Shown piece after piece: positions 1 to 14,524 of a DNA stretch of 64,000 nucleotides. A model generated the notes under the pieces. The model ran no database searches and was not told where the DNA came from. It worked only from the letters and a program-made list of their open reading frames with translations. The position numbers and the translations under genes were made by a program. The stretch covers positions 10,292,001 to 10,356,000 of the forward strand of contig OX597834.1 of NCBI GenBank assembly GCA_951406725.2. The letters are read 5' to 3'. Each line of letters begins with the position of its first letter. The first letter of the stretch is position 1. This DNA comes from Octopus vulgaris. Its lineage: Eukaryota.

Positions 1-799
1 AACTAGAGAGAACGTATGTGAGTGCAAGTGAGAAAGGAAGAGTAATAGAGAAAGTGAGGAAAAGAGACAAAATGAGAGAGGGTGACAAAATGAGAGAATG
101 TGGGTCGTTGGCCGCGTACATCAAATAAAATACGCTGATTAGTTTTTTTCTTTCGTCGCTTAGAACGATAACATAAATTTCACAATGAATGCATGCTTCT
201 CTTGTTATCGTATTATTATCATCTAAATTAATGAGGTAATGATTGAAGTAAAAAAAATGAACAAGTGAGCTGCTTAATCTCGGAAAACAGTAGCGGTTGA
301 AAGAGTCTATCGAGAACCAATTTATTGAGACGTTTTCATCTTGCAAACGTTACGATAACAACGATTATTGTATGGTGAAATAACAATACGTTTTCGCTTG
401 TATTCCGTTGAGGTAATCAGTGAACTAAAAGAATGCAAAATAACACTAAAATATAATTAAACGCCGTGATATTTTTTTTTTAAATACTAAATATGCTAAT
501 TATTATGTATAAATTCGTCATCGCTACATTAGCTAATCACATAGGAGTCTATGCTTCGGTGTAGAGGTGTCGAATGAGATCAAGTTTGCATATGACGTCA
601 AGGGCCATTACTTTCTCCGCACTCCAGGTATCTGGTGTGCAAGCACTTGAGAACGATGAGCATATGTTAAATATAATTTCTCAGAATAAGGGAGAAATGT
701 AAGAGGAAGGATGAAAAAACATTAATACATACACGTGCATACATTAATACATACATATATGCCTTTGTGTCTGTATACACGCGCACACAAACTCATATT

Positions 800-860
<61 letters not shown>

Positions 861-866
861 ATATGC

Positions 867-1158
867 GGCAGCTTGGGTTTCAGTGGATCACGGCTCTTTG
901 GCCTCCTCCCTAAATGCCCGAGGGACTTGCATGGTGTGGATGTAGGTTTCTTTAAAACTAAACTTCTTGCCGGGAGTCCCAGATGAACCTACCTCACAAC
1001 AGGAGACGCAGATGCGGGCAAGAGCATCGAACTACCTTGTTGATCAAGTGCCACGTATCAGAGGTGGATTCACATATTAGTGTAGCTCATTCAGCGGTGG
1101 TGCCCCAGCATGGCCGCGGCCTTCGGGCTAAAACATTTTAAGGGATTTTAAGGATTTA
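867..1158 (+). mobile_element. 5'-truncated LINE 3' end (CR1/L2-like), between TA microsatellites
   Basis: Frameshifted ORF2 C-terminus SLGFSGSRLFGLLPKCPRDLHGVDVGFFKTKL / VPDEPTSQQETQMRARASNYLVDQVPRIRGGFTY*. It is followed by a 3' stem-loop (GCC-TTCG-GGC) and a taagga(t)-like repeat tail. A second tail copy lies on the - strand at ~55853-55915. Confidence 0.7.
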
Positions 1159-1252
1159 TATATATATATATATACATATATTATTTGGGTTGAATCAGTC
1201 ACTTGCTACGCTGAGTTTTACCTGTAGCACACAGGATCTATATGTGTGTGTA

Positions 1253-1329
<77 letters not shown>

Positions 1330-1500
1330 AGATAAGTAACAAAGATGTACAGGTGTAAATACAGTTCGGCCATTTCAAGCTAGCCCATTGAATTGATCAG
1401 TGAAAACATCGATTTGAAAGAATCCGCTCTCTTCACTAAAATGGACTCACTTGAAAGAGCCGTAATATAATTGACACCTATAAATCTTTCTTACCTATTT
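1330..1500. mobile_element. Degenerate fold-back (inverted repeat) element
   Basis: Arm agataagtaacaaagatgtacaggtgtaaat...cggccatttcaagctagcccatt is imperfectly complementary to aatggactcacttgaaagagccg...gacacctataaatctttcttacctattt. Confidence 0.55.
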
Positions 1501-1754
1501 GCATTCAGTTCACACATCTTGGAGCTGTAAGGACTACACCAAACTGGCAACGTGCCTCAATTTAAATATTTAATTCAACTGAGTCTTAATCATATATATA
1601 TATATATTACAGGCATCCCCTCACATACACACACTAAATAAACATAGACGCACATAGAGATATAAGCATGCGCAAATGAAGACATACAATAGAAATACAA
1701 AATGGCTGACGGTTAGTAAGGAGAGACACAAATAAGAAAGAAGAAAACAAAGGA

Positions 1755-1794
1755 CCACTGATGCGGTCACAGGAGTGTGACGAAAGAACTCTGG
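1755..1794 (+). ncRNA. Minimal type-I hammerhead-like motif (A9C variant)
   Basis: CCA CTGATGC G GTCAC-AGGAGT-GTGAC GAA AGAACT C TGG. Helix I is CCA/TGG, helix II is GTCAC/GTGAC, followed by GAAA and an NUH triplet CUC. Confidence 0.55.
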
Positions 1795-1886
1795 CCGAAA
1801 TAAGATTAATGTAAAAAATAAATAACACCAAATATATAGTGCGTGTGTTTTTATTGGCTAAACTGGCAATATGACCATTCCAAAAT

Positions 1887-1943
<57 letters not shown>

Positions 1944-2849
1944 CTTCCCCAGTATACTTAGCTTTCTGCTTTGTTCCCGTTTCTCCATTGACAGTCTTTC
2001 TGTAGACTCGAAAGTTCAATAGTTACGCGTAAGCAATTACCACTGTAGCCCAACTATATCAGTAATATTTCGCCTCATTTTCGTTGTAGATGTTGTCAGT
2101 TTTACTGGATGATGACGACGTTGATGATGATAATGTTGAAGATGATGGTGGTTATGATGGGGCTGGTGATGGTGCTGGCAACGAAGACGATGGTTGTGAT
2201 AATGATCATTATGACGACGACTAAGACGACAACGATGATCATCATCATCACCACCAACACCAGTACCACCAAAAAACTGTCATTTTCATCATCGTCGTCG
2301 TCGTTATCATTTTTCTTTCTTCCTTCCTTATTATAGTTCGTTGCATTTACCTAAACGAGAAGGAACAAATTGTCGACTACCAACACACTAAAACAGTTGC
2401 TTATATTGTACGTAACACAGCCGTCAATTAGTTTTCCTATTCTCATTTTGCAATGGGGCAGAAAGGAAAATAATGATGTAATAGATTTGGAATTCCTATC
2501 TGATATTATACTGAAGGCATTATATGTATTTTTAAGAGTTATTTTATCAAGAAATTATTCATCGTTCAGAATAATTTACTTCGATCTTTCACGCGGATTC
2601 AACTCAATGGGGAGGAAAATAATCGCAATCTGTTAAAGAGATTTCTGAAAATTTATCATAAATATTAAAATATATAAGCAATACAAGGTGTATTCATTTA
2701 AAAACCTGGGTAGACTAATTGACAGCTTAGAGGTTTTAGCTCACAAATCCTATTAGTAGAGACATTAATATAATAGGAATATGAGAAACAATGAAGACTG
2801 TGGCAGATAGACCACCATATATATATATATATATATATATACGTATGTC

Positions 2850-2885
<36 letters not shown>

Positions 2886-3031
2886 CGTAGGTGTGTGTGT
2901 ATATATATATATACATATATATATATACGTATGTGTGTGTATATATATACGTATGTGTGTGTATATAAATACGTATGTGTGTGTATATATTTATATATGT
3001 ATGTGTATATATATATATATATGTATGTGTG

Positions 3032-3161
<130 letters not shown>

Positions 3162-3294
3162 GTATGTGTGTATATATATACATATGTATGTGTGTATATA
3201 TATACATATATTTATATATATATATAGATATGTATGTATGTGTATAAATATGTATATATATATATACAGATATGTATGTATGTGTATAAATATG

Positions 3295-3330
<36 letters not shown>

Positions 3331-3904
3331 GAATTATGTAAGTACGCAAGAAATATTGGAAAATTACATGAAACTGTATGAAAGCTAAGATAATTATAAT
3401 GAAATATATAATTAACTTGTGAAGCTATAATTGTGAAGTAGAATCGAAACTGAAGAACAACAATACACACGTTATATACTTAAGATGATAATAATAATGA
3501 AAGAAGAATGAAAGCAAACATCTTCTTTATCGAACGTCTTTATTAACCTAAAAGCAAAAAGAATGAAACAACAAAAATTACACGAATTAGATTCTTGGGA
3601 ATTGTTTCCATAACAACAGAGTAACAATAAAAAAAAAAAAAACAAATAAATAGAATAGTAAATAAACGGAAGATATAAGCAAAAAGGAAAGAAAATCAAA
3701 TGATAGAAGTAACTAAAGAAAGCTGTTTCAAACAGATGAAGTAATAAATCGGCGTTAGAGAAAAGATAATGACGGATTCTTGGCGAGGCAAGATGCTTTG
3801 GCAAGCGACGCAAAATAAATGATGTTCAATAAAGCTGCCTGACACTCTCTAATGATATTTTACTGTTTCACGCAAGTGAAATCGAACCGAACAACCACAT
3901 AAAT

Positions 3905-5400
3905 AATATAATGGCGTGTTTGAAGATATTTCAGTAAGAAAATACGATTTGATAGTACGGTGATATGTTGGGGGTTAAGCTATTTCATAAAATATGCACA
4001 GTGATATTTTGGGGGTTAAGCTATTTCATAATATAATGGCGTGTTTGAAAATATTTCAGTAAGAAAATACGATTTAATAGCACGGTGATATTTTGTGGGT
4101 TAAGCTATTTCATAAAATATGCACAGTGATATTTTGTGGGTTAAGCTATTTCATAAAATATGCACTGTGATATTTTGGGGGTTAAGCTATTTCATAAAAT
4201 ATGCACAGTGATATTTTGGGGGTTAAGCTATTTCATAATATAATGGCGTGTTTGAAAATATTTCAGTAAGAAAATACGATATAATAGCACGGTGATATGT
4301 TGGGGGTTAAGCTATTTCATAAAATATGTACAGTGATATTTTGGGGGTTAAGCTATTTCATAAAATATGCACAGTGATATTTTGGGGGGTTAAGGTATTT
4401 CATAAAATATGCACAGTGATATTTTGGGGGTTAAGCTATTTCATAAAATATGCACAGTGATATTTTGGGGGGTTAAGGTATTTCATAAAATATGCACAGT
4501 GATATTTTGGGGGTTAAGCTATTTCATAAAATATGCACAATGATATTTTGGGGGTTAAGCTATTTCATAAAATATGCACAGTGATATTTTGAGGGTTAAG
4601 CTATTTCATAAAATATGCACAGTGATATTTTGGGGTAAGCTATTTCATAAAATATGCACAGTGATATTTTGGGGTTAAGCTATTTCATAAAATATGCACA
4701 GTGATATTTTGAGGGTTAAGCTATTTCATAAAATATGCACAGTGATATTTTGGGTGTTAAGCTACTTCATAAAATATGCACAGTGATATTTTGGGGGTTA
4801 AGCTATTTCATAAAATATGCACAGTGATATTTTGGGGGTTAAGTTATTTCATAAAATATGCACAGTGATATTATTTTGGGGGTTAAGCTATTTCATAAAA
4901 TATGCACAGTGATATTTTGTGGGTTAAGTTATTTTATAAAATATGCACAGTGATATTTTGGGGGTTAAGCTATTTCATAAAATATGCACAGTGATATTTT
5001 GGGGGTTAAGCTATTTCATAAAATATGCACAGTGATATTTTGGGTGTTAAGCTACTTCATAAAATATGCACAGTGATATTTTGGGGTTAAGCTATTTCAT
5101 AAAATATGCACAGTGATATTTTGGGTGTTAAGTTATTTCATAAAATATGCACAGTGATATTATTTTGGGGGTTAAGCTATTTCATAAAATATGCACAGTG
5201 ATATTATTTTGGGGGTTAAGCTAATTCATAAAATATGCACAGTGATATTTTGGGGGTTAAGCTATTTCATAAATTATGCACAGTGATATTTTGGGGGTTA
5301 AGCTATTTCATAAAATATGCACAGTGATATTTTGGGGGTTAAGCTATTTCATAAAATATGCACAGTGATATTTTGGGGGTTAGGTTATTTCATAAAAATA
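3905..5400. repeat. 41-bp tandem satellite (~30+ units) with three interspersed ~50-bp units at its 5' end
   Basis: Unit taaaatatgcacagtgatattttgggggttaagctatttca (cagtg at 5281 and 5322 gives period 41). A second unit atataatggcgtgtttgaaaatatttcagtaagaaaatacgat... occurs at ~3907, 4031 and 4238. Confidence 0.95.
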
Positions 5401-5754
5401 TGCGCACAGAGAAAACCTAAAAACCTATATATGTGTACGTGTTTCCGTGTGTTCGTATATCTATGTATAAATACATATGCAGACATGCATGCATATGCAT
5501 ACGTACATATAATATATATATATATATATGTACGTATACGATTATATACACACACATGCATATTATACATGTATATAGAAATAAATACATAGAAATAAAT
5601 ACATTCAATGCATTTCTGTATATTCACATGTAAATATATATATATGTAAATATATATATGTGTGTGTATATATATATGTGTGTATATATATATATATACA
5701 CACATACATAATTCATGCATATTTAGTGCGATAGATTGATTGGCACACACACAC

Positions 5755-5800
<46 letters not shown>

Positions 5801-5940
5801 GGGACGGACGGACAGACTGACAGAAAGAAAGACATCGGTGCTCAGTATCAATAAATGTTATATTATTTCTGAACAACCTGCTGAAGAATTTCTATTGAAG
5901 TGGAATTTTTTCAGTGACCGTCTATTCTACCCGCTCTTAA

Positions 5941-6110
5941 TTTGACAACCGATGCTGGTGTGTTTACGTTCCCGTCACTTAGCGGTTCGGCAAAAGAGAC
6001 CGATAGAATAAGTACTGGGCTTACAAAGAATAAGTCCTGGAGTCGATGTGCTCGACTAAAGGCGGTGCTCCAGCATGGCCGCAGTCAAATGACTGAAACA
6101 AGTAAAAGAG
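5941..6110 (+). mobile_element. SINE family A, 3' half
   Basis: ttgacaaccgatgctggtgtgtttacg...ggcggtgctccagcatggccgcagtcaaatgactgaaacaagtaaaagag, matching the tail of the full-length copies. Confidence 0.85.
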
Positions 6111-7015
6111 TATAACATTTCAGATAGTGAACGGTGACTCGCGTAACGAACCAACAACAAAGGTTGGTGGACAGCAACGTTAACTGTCTAGCTTTTTCTA
6201 AGTGTACATAACTGCTCGAATTCGACGTGTTTTGTCTTGAAATCGAAAAATTGCGGGCCAAACGCCTAAATTAGAAACCCTAATAAGTATCATAGTTGTC
6301 AACGTTGATGATGATGATATCTTTGCAGCCTACTGATGAGGCTGTTATTGCTGCTGATGCTGCTATCATCATTATACACGTTATGAAATTTTAAATTCAA
6401 ATGAATAATCAGGAACATTACGGATATCCGTATCGTGATGAGGAAGCCGTTTTACTGCAGTTGTATTTGTTATTATTTTTGATAAAAAGCTCTACGTTTA
6501 ATTTGAAGGGAAATAAATGTAAATTGGCGGATCGGTAAAGTACTCAAATAATGTCGACAATTCGATTCATATCACCAACTATTACAACATGAACTCCATC
6601 AAGTTACTAATCTTTCAATGGCCCCCGTCTATTATACAGTGTTGTATTAAATATCTACATTATTTTTGATATAATGTAAACACAATAACTGTCAACATTT
6701 CCGAATGAGTTTCCGATTTCAGTACGCATGTTCAGGGATATATTGCGACTTATTTAACCGGAAGTCTGTGTGGCAGAGTGCTTTGATACTTGACGAATGG
6801 CTGGCAGTTGATTGAACAAATGGTTTTTCTAGTGTAGTCTTACAAGGTTGAATTCAATTAGAGAAGAAAAAAGTCAAGTGCAAGAAACGTAGTTCTTTCA
6901 AATGATGCCTCTCGTTTACTTAATGTCAGAATCCACTTGTAATTATTTTCGCTGCTAAATGCTGAGTGTGTGAAAACAAACAATAATAACAACAACAACA
7001 ACAACAACAATCCTT

Positions 7016-7528
7016 TTTAGTGGCAGAACAAAACCGCAGACTTGGGGGATGGGAGCTATGTTAATTAAATCTATCTCACTGCGTAACTAGTACTTATTTA
7101 ATTGACCCCCAAAGAATGAAAGGCAAAGTCGACCTCGGCGGAATTTGAACTCAGAGCGTAGCGACAGATGAAATAGCGGCAAGCATTTCGCCCTGCGTGC
7201 TAACGATTCTGCCAGCTCACCGTCTTAATAAGAAGAGGAAGAAGAAAAAGGAGAAAAGGAAGAAGAAAAGGAAAGGAGGAGGAAGAAGAAATAGGAGAGA
7301 AGAGGAAGAAGGGTTTAATATTTTGGCACTAGGTCAGCAATTTCTTGAGAGGAGGGGGTTAAGGCGCTCACATCGACCCCAGTATGCAACTGGTACTTAT
7401 CGTATCGATCACGAAAGGCTGAAAGGCAAGGCCAACTTCGGGGGAATTTCATCTCAGAACGTAGAGACGGGCGGAATGCCGCTAAGAATTTTTGCCGGAG
7501 TGCTAAAGATTCAGCCAATTCGCCCCCT

Positions 7529-7609
<81 letters not shown>

Positions 7610-8470
7610 TAATAATCCTTTCTACTGGGAGCACAAGACCTCAAATTTAGGGGAAGAGATTAAGTCAATTACATCGACCCTATTGCGTAACTTGCACTTA
7701 GTTTATCGACCCCAAACTGATGAAAGCCAAAGTTGACCTCAGCAGAATTTGAACTCAGAATGTAAAGATAGTCGAAGTGATGCTGAGCATTTTGCCTAAC
7801 GTGCTAACGATTCTGCGTTACTCGCCGCCTTAATAATAATAATAATGGCTTCAAATTTTGCCACAAGGACAGCAATTTGGGGGGAAGGCAGTAGTCGATT
7901 ACATCGACGCTATTGTTTCAATTATATTCACGCCGAAAGGATGAAGGGCAAAGTCGACCTCGACGGAATTTGAACTCAGAATGTAGCGATGGGCGAAATA
8001 CTGCTAAGCAATTCATCCAGCGCGCTAACGGTTCTGCCAGCTAGCCGCCTTAATAACATTAATAGTAGTATTAGTAGCTGTTAGTAATTTAGTCACATGA
8101 TCAAGAATTTGAGGAGGGGCGTACAGTCGATTACGCCGACCCAATTCCTCACTGCTACTGTATCGGCAAGGCGGCGAGCTGGTAGAAACATTAGCACGAA
8201 GGGCCAAATGCTTAGCGGTATTTCGTATGCCGCTACATTCTGAGTTCAAATTCCGCCGAGGTCGACTTTGCCTTTCACCCTTTCGGGTTCGATTAAATAA
8301 AGTACCATTTACGCACTGGGGTCGATATAATCGACTTAATCCGTATGTCTTTCCTTGTTTGTCACCTCTTTGTTTAGCCACTTGTGGATAGTAAAGAAAT
8401 AGGTACTGTATCGGCGCCGAAATTATGAAAGGCAAAATAGATTTCGGCAGGATTTGAACTCAGAAAATAA
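7016..8470. mobile_element. Cluster of SINE family B copies (four - strand copies then one + copy) separated by (AAC)n/(AAG)/(ACT)n/(AAT)n
   Basis: Repeated gaaaggcaaagtcgacctcggcggaatttgaactcagaacgta...ctgccagctcgccgcctt at ~7016-7227, 7318-7529, 7617-7831 and 7846-8051 (-), plus an inverted copy at 8168-8405 (+). Confidence 0.85.
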
Positions 8471-9144
8471 AGGTCGGTACAAATTGAACCAAATCTAACA
8501 AAATACTCAATGAGACATGGTCTAAATGATTCGTTGCAGATATTTCCTCGCCACGCTCACGCTTTGCTAATTAGAATGATCTCTGTTAATTATTGTCGTT
8601 TAGACAGAAGTGAATGCAGAAGGGAAATGTATACTAGGCGGGTGTAATCTGGGTGTGGAGCAGTTAAATAGATTATATGCATGATTTAATGAAATGGCTC
8701 TAACGTGTTCCAGTCTCATTAGACATGATATGTGTGTTTAAAGCAGAAATTGCAGAAATATATATACAATATACGATAGTTCTTATCTTGGACAATATGA
8801 GAAAGTTTAATTCACATGTATGAAAAGACATAGAGAGAGGGACAGGCCGACAGAAAGACAGCCAGAGACAGGAACAGAGAGGTAGTGAGGCGAACCGAAG
8901 AAAGTGGGGGAAGTAATGAGAGTAAATATTGAAAGATACGTTAATATGCGAATGTTTGGGTGTTTGTGAAAGGAGAGAAAGAGATAGAGCTTGAAAATGG
9001 ATTACGGGAATTTGTATTACGCACATACACGCGTGGGCGCATATGCATATTCATATTCACATACATACACGCATTCACACAGATACACATTGACATGCAG
9101 ACACACATGTACGTAACACAGAGAGAGGAGTTGGAATAAGTGAA

Positions 9145-9760
9145 AGACAGATAGACAGACAGACAGCTAGCAAGATAGATAGATAAATAGATAGATAGAT
9201 AGATCGAGAGAGAGAGAGAGACAGACAGAGATAGAGAGATAGAGGGAGAGACAGATAGATAGATGGAGAGACAGATAGATGGAGAGACAGTTAGATAGAT
9301 GGAGAGACAGTTAGATAGATGGAGAGACAGTTAGATAGATGGAGAGACAGTTAGATAGATGGAGAGACAGTTAGATAGATGGAGAGACAGATAGATAGAT
9401 AGAGAGATAGATAGATAGAGAGACAGATAGATAGATAGAGAGACAGATAGATAGATAGATATATAGATAGATAGATAGAGAGAGCGAGAAACAGATAGAT
9501 AGACAGATAGATAGATAGAAAGATAGATAGATAGAGAGATAGATAGATAGAGAGAGATAGATAGATAGAGAGACAGATACATAGATAGAGAGATAGATAC
9601 ATAGATAGAGAGATAGATACATAGATAGAGAGATAGATACATAGATAGAGAGATAGATACATAGATAGAGAGATAGATACATAGATAGAGAGATAGATAC
9701 ATAGATAGAGATAGCTAGCTACTTAGATAGATATATAGATAGAAACTGAGAGACAGACAG
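9145..9760. repeat. GATA/GACA-derived compound minisatellite with two 20-bp higher-order units
   Basis: (ggagagacagttagatagat)n at ~9281-9390 and (atagatagagagatagatac)n at ~9581-9710. Confidence 0.9.
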
Positions 9761-10710
9761 AGATAGAGAGGAGGAGAGAGGGAGAGAGAAAGAGCGGTTG
9801 TAAGAGACCGTACAACAGGAAGAAGCGAGGAAGCTGAATGAACAGAGTGAGACATTTACGAATAAAGAAACGGTACGTGATTCGTTCCGGCGCCAAACCT
9901 TATTTGATATGATTACACAAACTTTGTAATTCGACTTGGGAAATATGAGATTTTACTAGATGTTACTAGATATAACACACTTCGTGACTAATTAAGAGAT
10001 CATTATTAGTATTTACGGATTACTGCTGTGAAAAACAACATTGCTAATGTATGATAGTAACACGCAACGCTCTTACGATTTACACACGAGATAACAACCA
10101 AGTCTTGCAGACAAAGGCTATTGCAAACACAGAAATCAATAGGCATCTGATGTCTGTTAGTTTATTTCATGTTATCACGTAATACAATTTTTTTGTTAAC
10201 ACAACAAAATGATTTAAATCTTTTAAATGTTATGAAAAAAAAAAAAAAAAGAAACGATATTGTACTGATATTTTTCTTCTTTTCTAAGGGTTTTTTTTCT
10301 CCCCCGCTTTCTTCCCTATTCGCGTCGTTCACACCTACAAGTAGGAATCCTCGAACGCATACGCGTACACACGTATATATATGCGTGCGTATATGCATGA
10401 GAATAAGACTTCTATGCGTGTTTATATATATATATGTTAATGTACGTGCGTATGTGTGTGTGTGTGTGTGTGTGTTACGTTAAAAATGAAATATCAAAAT
10501 CTTCGTTCTTGGAAATTCAGTTACTACAAATGATTTCCTTTAAGGAAAATTACCCACATCTAATAATACTGTTAGTGAATATTTGCAGGAACGATAACTA
10601 AGGATCCAAACTGGATTTATTAACCCCTTTGAACCTGATATATATCTGTACCTATCTATATTTCTGTCTGTCTGTCTGTCTGTCTATCTAGCTTCCTGTC
10701 TATTTATCTT

Positions 10711-11122
10711 AGCGAATGTTTCAAGTTTTGTCTAGCGAATGTTTCAAGATGGCACGTATGAATGACGAAGCCACCTTGAGCATAATCCTATGAACCCGGA
10801 AAATTTAAAACAGAGGGTTACTCACTTGCAAACAAATGTGGTTACATGTAACATTATTGACCGAGGTTACCGCGGTCTTTTCCGAAGGCTTTTCTTCCCA
10901 CGGATAAACCTTATCTGCTTCCCCCTTTACATCATGACACTGTGATACACGATCCCTATTGATAGTTTATTTTTCGTTTCCTTTTTTTTTCTTCCTTCCC
11001 TTTTAAGATCCCTTTTCTTCGAAAACCTACCCCACCTTTTTTTCTCTCTCCCCCCAAAAGAAAAGATCTACTTTGTAATCTGTCCCGTCTGTGTGCAGCC
11101 CTGTGTGGCTAATAAAGAAACA
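10711..11122 (+). mobile_element. LINE 3' end (Tx1-like, inferred) embedded in (TATC)n
   Basis: Apparent ORF end MARMNDEATLSIIL*, then a T-rich 3' UTR ending gcagccctgtgtggctaataaagaaac, then (tatc)n. Homologous to 41719-41948 (-) and 53768-54029 (+). Confidence 0.65.
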
Positions 11123-11402
11123 TATCTATCTATCTATCTATCTATCGGTCGGTCTGTCTATCTCTCGGTCTGTCTGTCTATCTATCTTTGTGTCCATCTA
11201 TCTATCTCTTTATCTGTTTTATTCATCTATTTATCTCTGTTTGACTATCTCTATCTTTGCGTGCATGTGTGTGTGTGAGCGTGTGTGTGTGCGCGCGCAC
11301 GCAAATAAGGACTTCGGGCTAAATTTGACAGTTTGTATCAAAGGGAAAGAAAATAAGATGCCCTACCCCCCAAATTTAAACTATTAAAACAATATCAATA
11401 TA

Positions 11403-11854
11403 GGCGCAGAAGTGGCTGTGTGGTAAGTAGCTTGCTTACTCACCACATGATTCCGGGTTCAGACCCACTACGTGGCACCTTGGGCAAGGGTCTTCTAGGC
11501 TCAGGAGTGACTGTGTGTAAGTAGCTTGTCTACCAACCACATGGTTCCGAATTCAGTCCCACTGCGTGGCATCTTGGGCAAGTGTCTTCTACTATAGCCT
11601 CGGGCCGACCAAAGCCTTGTCAGTGGATTTGGTAGACGGAAACTGAAAGAAGCCCGTCGTATATATGTATATATATGTGTGTGCGTGTGTGTGTGTCCAC
11701 CTAGCATTTCTTGACAAACTGATGCTGGTGTGTTTATGTCCCCGTTACTTAGCGGTTCGGCAAAACAGACCGATAGAATAAGTACTGGGCTTACAAAAGA
11801 ATAAGTCCCGGGGTCGAGTTGCTTGATTAAAGGCGGTCCTCTAGCATGGCTGCA
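11403..11854 (+). mobile_element. SINE family A (tRNA-derived, CORE-like) with duplicated head
   Basis: Two successive heads (gtggctgtgtggtaag...ggttcag), the CORE-like gtggcaccttgggcaagtgtcttct, an internal (TA)/(TG) tract and the shared tail. Confidence 0.85.
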
Positions 11855-11926
11855 ATCCACAACAGCATATTTCTATTTCTATCAATATCAAAACTCACTA
11901 ATAATGTTTCTTATATTTCTTTCCAG

Positions 11927-12079
11927 ACTGAAACTGCCCTCATGTACGATGCAGTTTACTTGTTCGCCAAAGCGCTGCATCAAGTAGCTGCTGCTCGTGA
12001 TATCAATACAATGGCTCTTTCTTGCACCAAACAGAACACTTGGAATCATGGAAACAGCGTACTTAATTATATGAAAACG
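11927..12079 (+). CDS. GRIK2-like: Kainate-type ionotropic glutamate receptor, internal exon (ATD), 153 nt, phase 0-0
   Basis: tttctttccag|ACT...ACG|gtaag. Translates TETALMYDAVYLFAKALHQVAAARDINTMALSCTKQNTWNHGNSVLNYMKT, matching the kainate receptor ATD motif TDAALMYDAV...SC...W..G. Confidence 0.93.
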
Positions 12080-12417
12080 GTAAGATTTGCTTTTTATATT
12101 CATTTCATGTGACTGCCTACTTTATCTTTCCAGTTTGCTCCGTATTTGCACTCATCTATTGCATAGAGTCTTTCTTACACCTTTATATATGTGAACACAC
12201 ACATATACATACATACATACATATATGTAATTTATATATGTAATTTTTCTAGATTGTGTAATTTAATTGTTCATTTTGAATTAAAAGAGGTTTTTTTTTT
12301 CTAATATATATATATATATATATATGTATTGTATTTTGTGAAATTTGATTTGATATTTCTAAATTGAATTTTTCCCCTGTAAGTTAGGAATAATATTCTT
12401 CAATATTATTATTATAT

Positions 12418-12592
12418 ATAAAGGGAAAGTTTACGAAAATAAACAAAGGACGAAGGCAAGTGGTGTACAAACAAACAGATGTATTAGTATAGCGCTCAGG
12501 ATTAGAAAAAGTATTTTACGTTTCGAGCCTACGCTCTTCTACAGAAAGGGACATAGAAATAAACAAGGACAGAAAAAATGTGTGTAGTGGCT
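12418..12592 (-). mobile_element. Short Penelope-type element carrying a hammerhead-like motif (family H1; motif 12514-12548)
   Basis: The - strand reads CTTT CTGTAGA A GAGC-GTAG-GCTC GAA ACGT A AAA. Homologous to the 34649, 41478, 55096 and 55338 copies; abuts a TA tract. Confidence 0.7.
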
Positions 12593-13671
12593 ACCGAATA
12601 AAGATTTTACAAATTTTTGCTACCCTTAACTTAGCGGATCGGCAAGAGAGACGGATAGAATAAGTACTAAGCTTACAAAGAATAAGTCCTGGGGTCGATT
12701 TGCTCGACTGAAGGCGGTGCTCCAGTATGGCCGCAGTCAAGTGACAAACAAGTAAAAGAGAGCATGACAAAATTTCCATTGTCCAATATACTTTAGGTAA
12801 AGATATGGTTTAATTTCTGTATTTCAGCCACTACATAGCAGTATGGTCATTGATGGCCAGTAGATCGAAGAAACGGTTATAGCTGTCTGCTCCAAACCAC
12901 GTTAAGAATGCTGTAATGGTTACTCTTAAATTACTACATTCAAATTGCCTCCAGTGTGTCGGACATGGTTAAGAAGACATACTATACTCTGGATATATTT
13001 TTCTTTAATTATTCCTTGGTAATCTGGTGATAAATAGTCACTAATTAAAAAAAATAATAGTAATACTCATGTATTAAACGAAAGTTCAGCAAAACGATTT
13101 CTCTTGCTGAAAGAAGCCTAAATTATTTCAGTTCGGCAAAGGGTTCATTTATCTTTTATTAAATTAAAAACAAACAAGACCGAATTTAGGAACATGAAGC
13201 CATAAATGCTGGAATTTAAAGGATTTAACAGAGAATAAGATTCTGCAGCAACTGAAAACGGAAAATGAAATCTGTGAATGATCATTTTCTTTTACTAACG
13301 ATTAGGTTTCATTAATTAATTAAGATAATTGGGGTAAAGCAGTATTTCAGTGCAAATTCAAATAAAAAAAAAAGAAATGTAACAATCTAATTGTCAGTTT
13401 TTGAAAGAAACCCTAAAGTGTTGTCGTTTTATCATATGATTATATCTGGCTCTCTTGAAGAGAAAATCGAACGGGGAACAAAAATAAATTGGAACATATT
13501 CAATGAGATGAACGGAAATTTGTTGGTATATATTCATTTGAAAAGAAGATGGATGAAATAGTAATTATGCTACAGGCACAACAATCTCTTAGAAAGTTCT
13601 CTAGAAAATTATTCAAACCATTATCTGGAGTGAAATGTATTTTGAAAGTAATGTTTCATAAAGTGCATAAA

Positions 13672-14141
<470 letters not shown>

Positions 14142-14524
14142 AGAGAGAGAGTATACTGTGAAAATACTGGAAAAATATATTCTGCTGAGTAGTAATATAA
14201 AAACAATAGAATGAAAAATGGTTTTGCATTAGTTATACACCATTACACGACTTTCATTTAGTAATAGGAATAAAAAAATTGTACATTCGGTTAAAATCAT
14301 GTAAGGTATCTACTAGTAGAATTCTTTTAGACAGAGAAACGAAAACTACAATTATTTGATTCTCTATCTGAAGAATATCGAGCTGGAGATACCTTCCCTG
14401 TTTTCTAATACATGTACAATTGGTACAATTGTGCAACGCCTGCTAGGTGATGAAACACGTGTAACGGTAAATAAATAATGCCAAAAGAATTACCAATCCC
14501 CTGTTTTTATTTATACATATATAT

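Noticed and set aside
3905-5400. CRISPR-like array, V(D)J RSS (CACAGTG) or iron-responsive element (CAGUG) in the 41-bp repeat
   Set aside because: There are no unique spacers or cas genes and the context is eukaryotic. The best nonamer match is only 5/9 at a 22-nt spacer. The IRE upper stem does not pair.
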